Positions 6,398 through 11,044 of a DNA stretch of 11,044 bases are shown here, in pieces. Each line of letters begins with the position of its first letter. Position 1 is the stretch's first letter. Origin of the DNA: an uncultured archaeon (GTDB taxonomy: Archaea > Asgardarchaeota > Hermodarchaeia > Hermodarchaeales > Hermodarchaeaceae); NCBI GenBank assembly GCA_964347045.1, contig CAYFXC010000034.1:1-11044 (forward strand). The letters run 5' to 3'. Under the pieces are notes generated by a model. The model was not told the DNA's origin. It ran no database searches and was given only the letters and a program-made list of their open reading frames with translations. The translations under genes and the position numbers were made by a program.

Positions 6398-6838
6398 ATG
6401 AAATCTACAAAAGATGTGTTAAAAATTGGTGATTTTTGGGAAGAACCGGTGCAGTTCAAATTAACTATCCTCAATGATGGAAATTGTCGTGCGGGTCACC
6501 AATCAGGAGATACTTTTGTATTTTCTTGGAACACCCCAGAAGGAATTTGCTCAGAAAGTTTCATTGGCATGTATCCCATCCTTCAGTCACTTAGAGTTAT
6601 GGGAGATATGCGCGAACTTGGAAGCCCCGAACGAAACACACGAATCTACAATTGCCCATCACGGGTTATCCAGTTCCAGATTAACGCACTTTACCGTTGT
6701 AACCTCTGCGGAAGCACCTTGAAAATTAAAGAGAATGGAACCATCGGGCATAGACTTGAAAACAAGGCAGAAAAGATCCACCTGCGCGTATGCAATAACT
6801 GCTATAAAATGCATCAGGGAAAGACTCTCACTTGGTAA
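6398..6838 (+). CDS. TIGR04076-like protein with C-terminal Zn-ribbon
   Basis: GNCRAGH..GD.F..TPEGIC..YP..G..CP pattern typical of TIGR04076 proteins, plus C-terminal CNLC..CNNC. ATG 6398 follows GAGGG; 6380 is an alternative start. Confidence 0.7.
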   Translation: MKSTKDVLKIGDFWEEPVQFKLTILNDGNCRAGHQSGDTFVFSWNTPEGICSESFIGMYPILQSLRVMGDMRELGSPERNTRIYNCPSRVIQFQINALYRCNLCGSTLKIKENGTIGHRLENKAEKIHLRVCNNCYKMHQGKTLTW

Positions 6839-6909
6839 CTATTTCTCTTTGTCTTGATGGATGATAAGGTACCATCTCATTGATTTGATGTGACGAGAAA
6901 ATGCGGAAT

Positions 6910-7848
6910 TTAAAGTGAAAAGAGGTGGGTTGCAGCTTTGCCTAAGATGATTTCAAGTTCTTCATCAGAAAATGTGACATTGCCTACGGAATTGATATTT
7001 CTGATAGCCTCAATCCATTCGGTTAAGGGCATGATAACGTTAAGTAAGACGCCATCAGAGCCAAATAGTACTCGCCAAGGACCTAGCGTGTCAATCGCAA
7101 AGCGTAAGACGCTTGCCACGTACGAAGGATCATGTTGATATACACCCTGCCATCCGGAAAAGTCCACGTACATGTTTGGTTTCATGGATGCTAAATCTAG
7201 GGCTTGTCGCCACCAACCATGCCCAATATGAGCCACCACAATTTTCAGTTCAGGAAAATCCGCCGCAACGGTGTCAATGTATTTAGGTTCCGAGTATTTC
7301 GCCGCCATGGGCGGAGGCTGATTTCCTGAGTGAAAAACGACTGGAACCTTTAATTCCTGTGCCTTCTTGTAGAGTGGATAACACACAGGGTCATCAGGAT
7401 AGAAGCGTGCTGAAGGATGGATTTTGAGCCCCTTCATATTCCATTTCGTTATGCCTTTTTCGAAGGCAGAAACACTCTTCTTGCGACGTGGATCAATTCC
7501 AAACAACGAGTACAATCTGCCTTCATGATTCTTTGTTACCTCTACATAGATTTCGTTTTTCTTCACGATATCATAAGCCCCGGTGATTCCAGAGGTCTCG
7601 AACCAGTACCAGTAGTCAAGGGGAAGCAGAATTGTTTTCTCGATTTTCGCTTCGTCCATCAATTGAACTAATTTTTCTCCTGTTTTATCCTCTAGAGCAG
7701 GCAGTTGTATTTGCAGAAGTTGTTCGGCATCCATAGGTTCAGGTGTATTCTTAGAAAACCGTCGGGCACCAACTCGTGCGGCGCCCTTCAAAAAGTCCAT
7801 AGGAAGTGAGTTATCCCAATACAAATGATAATGTGCATCAACAGTCAT
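6910..7848 (-). CDS. Amidohydrolase_2 family metal-dependent hydrolase
   Basis: VDAHYH, KGLKIHP, PVVFHSG, IVVAHIG, MYVDFS and RVLFGSD TIM-barrel motifs; GAGGT SD. Confidence 0.92.
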   Translation of the reverse strand: MTVDAHYHLYWDNSLPMDFLKGAARVGARRFSKNTPEPMDAEQLLQIQLPALEDKTGEKLVQLMDEAKIEKTILLPLDYWYWFETSGITGAYDIVKKNEIYVEVTKNHEGRLYSLFGIDPRRKKSVSAFEKGITKWNMKGLKIHPSARFYPDDPVCYPLYKKAQELKVPVVFHSGNQPPPMAAKYSEPKYIDTVAADFPELKIVVAHIGHGWWRQALDLASMKPNMYVDFSGWQGVYQHDPSYVASVLRFAIDTLGPWRVLFGSDGVLLNVIMPLTEWIEAIRNINSVGNVTFSDEELEIILGKAATHLFSL

Positions 7849-7975
7849 TCTAGAACCTCGATTCTCGTATACTCATATTCAACTTAACACTTTCTGAAAC
7901 TTTAACTCAATAATCATACCAGCCATAGAATGTTTCCAAAGGCTCAAATTCGACTATTACCTTAGAAAAGATTGT

Positions 7976-9046
7976 ATGAATCTTGATGTCTCGAAAGTAA
8001 AGGAAAACCCCTGCATTCGAGAAGCGCTTCTCTTTGAACAATTGGCGAGAAAAAAAGTGCAATGCGGTGTTTGCAAACGCCGTTGTATCATTGCACAGGG
8101 CAAACGCGGGTATTGCCAAGCTCGAATAAATATCGGGGGGCGGTTGTACGTGCTCACATACGGGGATATTAGTTCGATGAGCGTGAACCCCATTGAAAAG
8201 AAACCCTTGTACCATTTCTTTCCAGGAACACGGGCCTTAACAATTGGGAGTTGGGGTTGCAATTTTGCATGCGTTTGGTGTCAAAATTGGAGCATCAGTA
8301 AACGTGCACCAGACCCGCACCACGCTAACTATCTTTCACCTGAAGAGTTTGTTAACACAATCGAGCAACGGAATTGTCAGGGAACGAGTTTTTCTTTCAA
8401 TGAGCCCACCACCGGCTTTCTAGAATATTCATTGGATGTCATGCCCCGCGCTCGTGCCCGCGGATTCTACAATACTTATGTCACCAACGGCTACATGAGC
8501 GATGAATCACTGAGATGGTTACGCGCTGGTGGACTCGATGCCATGAACATCGATATTAAAGGTTGCCACACTGCAGTCCGTAAATACTGTGGTGTGGATG
8601 TGGAAAAAGTTTGGCAGACAGCCCAGCAAGCCGTAGATTTGGGAATCTGGGTGGAAATCACCACTTTGGTGATTCCAGGGGTAAATGATACCACTCACTG
8701 CCTGTCGCGCATAGCCAAGCGGATTCATAAGGATTTGGGTGTTGATGTACCATGGCATGTCAGTGCCTTTCACCCTGACTATCGCGCCACAGAATATGGA
8801 CTATCGACGTCCACTCCTTTACCAACACTTGAAAAGGCACATACCATTGGGAAAAAAGCCGGTCTAAACTTTGTTTATATAGGTAACGTGCTCGGACACC
8901 CAGCAGAACACAGCTACTGTAAAACCTGTAACGCCCAACTCATCAGACGAGTAGGTTATGATATCCTCTTAACACACTTGTCCAAAGATAGCACCTGTAC
9001 CCAATGTGAAACAGCGAATCCTTTTCAATTATTAGTCAAATCCTAA
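7976..9046 (+). CDS. amrS: AmmeMemoRadiSam system radical SAM enzyme
   Basis: N-terminal CGVC..C..G.C..R.N, PIEKKPLYHFFPG, radical SAM GCNFACVWCQNW, EITTLVIPGVND, PWHVSAFHPDY, FVYIGNV and C-terminal CxxC pairs. Confidence 0.92.
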   Translation: MNLDVSKVKENPCIREALLFEQLARKKVQCGVCKRRCIIAQGKRGYCQARINIGGRLYVLTYGDISSMSVNPIEKKPLYHFFPGTRALTIGSWGCNFACVWCQNWSISKRAPDPHHANYLSPEEFVNTIEQRNCQGTSFSFNEPTTGFLEYSLDVMPRARARGFYNTYVTNGYMSDESLRWLRAGGLDAMNIDIKGCHTAVRKYCGVDVEKVWQTAQQAVDLGIWVEITTLVIPGVNDTTHCLSRIAKRIHKDLGVDVPWHVSAFHPDYRATEYGLSTSTPLPTLEKAHTIGKKAGLNFVYIGNVLGHPAEHSYCKTCNAQLIRRVGYDILLTHLSKDSTCTQCETANPFQLLVKS

Positions 9047-9202
9047 ATGAATCTAATCCGAGTCTTAAATTGCCAAATTAACAAATCTCAGATGATTAGG
9101 AAGCTCGATTCGCATTGCCTCTTGCCCATTCACAATCAGCAAGAAAATAAAAAATGGAGTAGTGGGTGGGATCATTGAATTTGACGTCAGTTATTAGATT
9201 AG

Positions 9203-9475
9203 TTAGGCTTTTTCTTCTTCGGCGATGATTCCTGCAATGAGAATTAGAATACCACCAATGGAAAAGAGGGTTAGTACTCCAATGATGATCAAGCCAACTC
9301 GATGGGAGCCAGGATCGTCGCGCCACATTATCGGGAAGATTCCAAGAAGTAGCGCAACAATTCCCAAGGGAATAAGGATGATGGTAAAGAAGAGCACAAC
9401 TGCAATGATTATACCACCGATGAGGTTGAGGATACCACCCACTAAAGCCAATGTTCCTGCCGTTTCATTAGACAT
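9203..9475 (-). CDS. Small hydrophobic membrane protein (90 aa)
   Basis: Several strongly hydrophobic segments ending in IGGILILIAGII, with an acidic tail. Confidence 0.75.
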   Translation of the reverse strand: MSNETAGTLALVGGILNLIGGIIIAVVLFFTIILIPLGIVALLLGIFPIMWRDDPGSHRVGLIIIGVLTLFSIGGILILIAGIIAEEEKA

Positions 9476-9696
9476 ATTCTTTCACTTCAACTAATTCAAA
9501 GAGTGAATCAACCCGGTATGGGTCTTGAGAGGAAGATAGAAGTCTTGGCTAATAAGCTTTAGCAAGTCACTCCCCAACGTACAACCCAGAACTAATACAA
9601 TAACCCAAGAAGTTCTGAATCACATGCGTTGTTTTCCCGAGATTATTTAACACGTTAATCCGCATCGCCAAATACCCGCGCATGATTGAAGCCCCA

Positions 9697-9879
9697 TCAA
9701 GGCTTGGGTCCAGCTAGATTAGGAAAATACACCGCTTTCCGTGTAATCTCCACAGAACAGGTCCCAGTTTCACGACACCAATCTTCACAATCCTGCGCTG
9801 TTTCCTGATCCAAATACCCTAACCCACACACTTCACAAACGAAAACTACTTGCCCCTTTATCATCTTCTTCTTCACCAT
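9697..9879 (-). CDS. Small Cys-rich zinc-finger protein (60 aa)
   Basis: CEVCG..CEDWC..C pattern of small archaeal zinc-finger proteins; GGTGA SD 5 nt before the ATG. Confidence 0.8.
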   Translation of the reverse strand: MVKKKMIKGQVVFVCEVCGLGYLDQETAQDCEDWCRETGTCSVEITRKAVYFPNLAGPKP

Positions 9880-10201
9880 TCACATCACCCAACGAACAGA
9901 ACCAACAACTTCACCTCGCACTATAAATAAAATCGTAACAAACGAAACCAACAACCGGTCCCGAACCAACTAGCAGACTAATTACTTAAGCGGAGCCAAA
10001 GACCTTGTTCAACTATTGTTAGTCTGTATCGAAAAGAAAAATGTATAAATCCTAAGAGAGGAGAAACTTTTGTACAAAATCGCTCCGAATATGTTCTATT
10101 CTTCATATTCCACCAAGGTTCAGTTGCTTTCACTAGATCTTTGATATATCTGAGGAGCGGTTTCCATCGTAAAGGTATATTTAGAAAGAAGAGAGGATAA
10201 A

Positions 10202-10537
10202 TTGGAGTTAACGTATTTGACCAAAAAAACACCTCGTTCTCTGGCTAAGAATAAGACTCAAGTACCATTCACTGCGGATCTTCAAGAAGTCAAAGCAGAC
10301 TGGGAGATTTTTGTAATTCCTGACCGGTGCAAGGGCTGTGAAATCTGTGTATATTTCTGCCCCCGCGAAATTTTGGAAGAGGATAAGGAAACGCTGAATG
10401 TCAAAGGTTATCACCCTCCGCGTTTGAAACCAGGGGCATCAACAACGGAATGTGCTGGTTGTTTATTCTGCCAATTAATCTGCCCAGAATTCGCCATCTT
10501 CATTCAAGAAGCCAAGGAGGATACTTCCAAAGGATGA
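10202..10537 (+). CDS. korD: 2x[4Fe-4S] ferredoxin, 2-oxoacid:ferredoxin oxidoreductase delta subunit
   Basis: CKGCEICVYFCP and CAGCLFCQLICPEFAI, N.KGYHPP linker; ATGA overlap with korA. Start may be TTG 10217. Confidence 0.85.
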   Translation: MELTYLTKKTPRSLAKNKTQVPFTADLQEVKADWEIFVIPDRCKGCEICVYFCPREILEEDKETLNVKGYHPPRLKPGASTTECAGCLFCQLICPEFAIFIQEAKEDTSKG

Positions 10538-11044
10538 CAGCTATTGTAGATCACGTAAGGACAGGCAAGCATTTCTGGGCGGGAAATATTGCCATAGCCG
10601 AGGGCTGTATAGCCGCAGGGTGTCAATATTTTGCAGGCTATCCTATTACTCCCTCCTCCGAAATAGCAGAACACATGGCTCAGCGACTTCCAGAAGTGGG
10701 AGGAACCTTTGTTCAATTTGAAGATGAATTAGGCTCGATTACTTCAGTTTTAGGCGCGTCTTGGACGGGAGTTCGAAGTATGACTGCCACTAGTGGCCCG
10801 GGTATGTCGCTAATGATGGAAACCATTGGTTTAGCCGCTATGACTGAAACGCCCTGTGTGATCGTGAATGTTCAACGAGGAGGGCCCAGTACAGGTCTGC
10901 CCACGCTGGTAGGTCAACAAGATGTCATGCAAGCGAAATATGGGAGCCATGGTGACTATGAGATTATTGCTCTATCCCCAGATAGTGTACAAGAAGCTTT
11001 TGAACTATCGATAGACGCCTTTAACTTGGCAGATCAATACCGCA
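10534..11044 (+). CDS. korA: 2-oxoacid:ferredoxin oxidoreductase alpha subunit (partial, runs off the window)
   Basis: Manual translation: MTAIVDH..GNIAIAEGCIAAGCQYFAGYPITPSSEIAE..QFEDELGS..MTATSGPG..VQRGGPSTGLPT. Missing from the ORF track because there is no stop in the window. Confidence 0.93.
   Translation, partial: MTAIVDHVRTGKHFWAGNIAIAEGCIAAGCQYFAGYPITPSSEIAEHMAQRLPEVGGTFVQFEDELGSITSVLGASWTGVRSMTATSGPGMSLMMETIGLAAMTETPCVIVNVQRGGPSTGLPTLVGQQDVMQAKYGSHGDYEIIALSPDSVQEAFELSIDAFNLADQYR

Noticed and set aside
9890-9970. ACCAAC(AAC) short direct repeats
   Set aside because: Low-complexity A/C-rich sequence with irregular spacing; no supportable function.
10077-10166. tRNA or tRNA-Sec gene
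   Set aside because: No convincing anticodon arm, no TTCRA loop or D-loop GG, and wrong linker lengths.
636-10716. Remaining ORF-track entries (e.g. 636-911, 679-921, 2182-2382, 3202-3489, 5895-6131, 7907-8215, 9225-9494, 9978-10232, 10504-10716)
   Set aside because: Most are shadow ORFs overlapping better-supported genes; the rest lack recognisable motifs or SD support.

Overview
Gene-dense archaeal-type window (TATA-like boxes, GGTGA/GAGGT Shine-Dalgarno motifs, pyrimidine-tract terminators; an Asgard- or Bathyarchaeia-like origin is only a guess from gene content). The main signal is a putative arsenic-responsive regulon at about 1300-4030. A PadR-family regulator with an N-terminal CCPPDCC motif is divergent from an arsenite methyltransferase (arsM) and a flavoredoxin. 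It sits upstream of a 33-aa CCP micro-ORF and a CCP-containing nitroreductase. Five copies of a 16-bp palindrome (TATYGG-N4-CCRATA) surround the promoters. The first ~310 bp hold an unexplained promoter-to-terminator unit with mutually exclusive RNA helices and small ORFs. The rest comprises a Zn-finger-GNAT, a ferric-reductase-like membrane protein, a DUF4760-like gene with a disrupted 5' end, a surface protein, a TIGR04076-like protein, an amidohydrolase, the radical SAM enzyme AmrS, small proteins, and the start of a korD-korA 2-oxoacid:ferredoxin oxidoreductase operon. All calls come from reading the sequence by eye; no searches were run.
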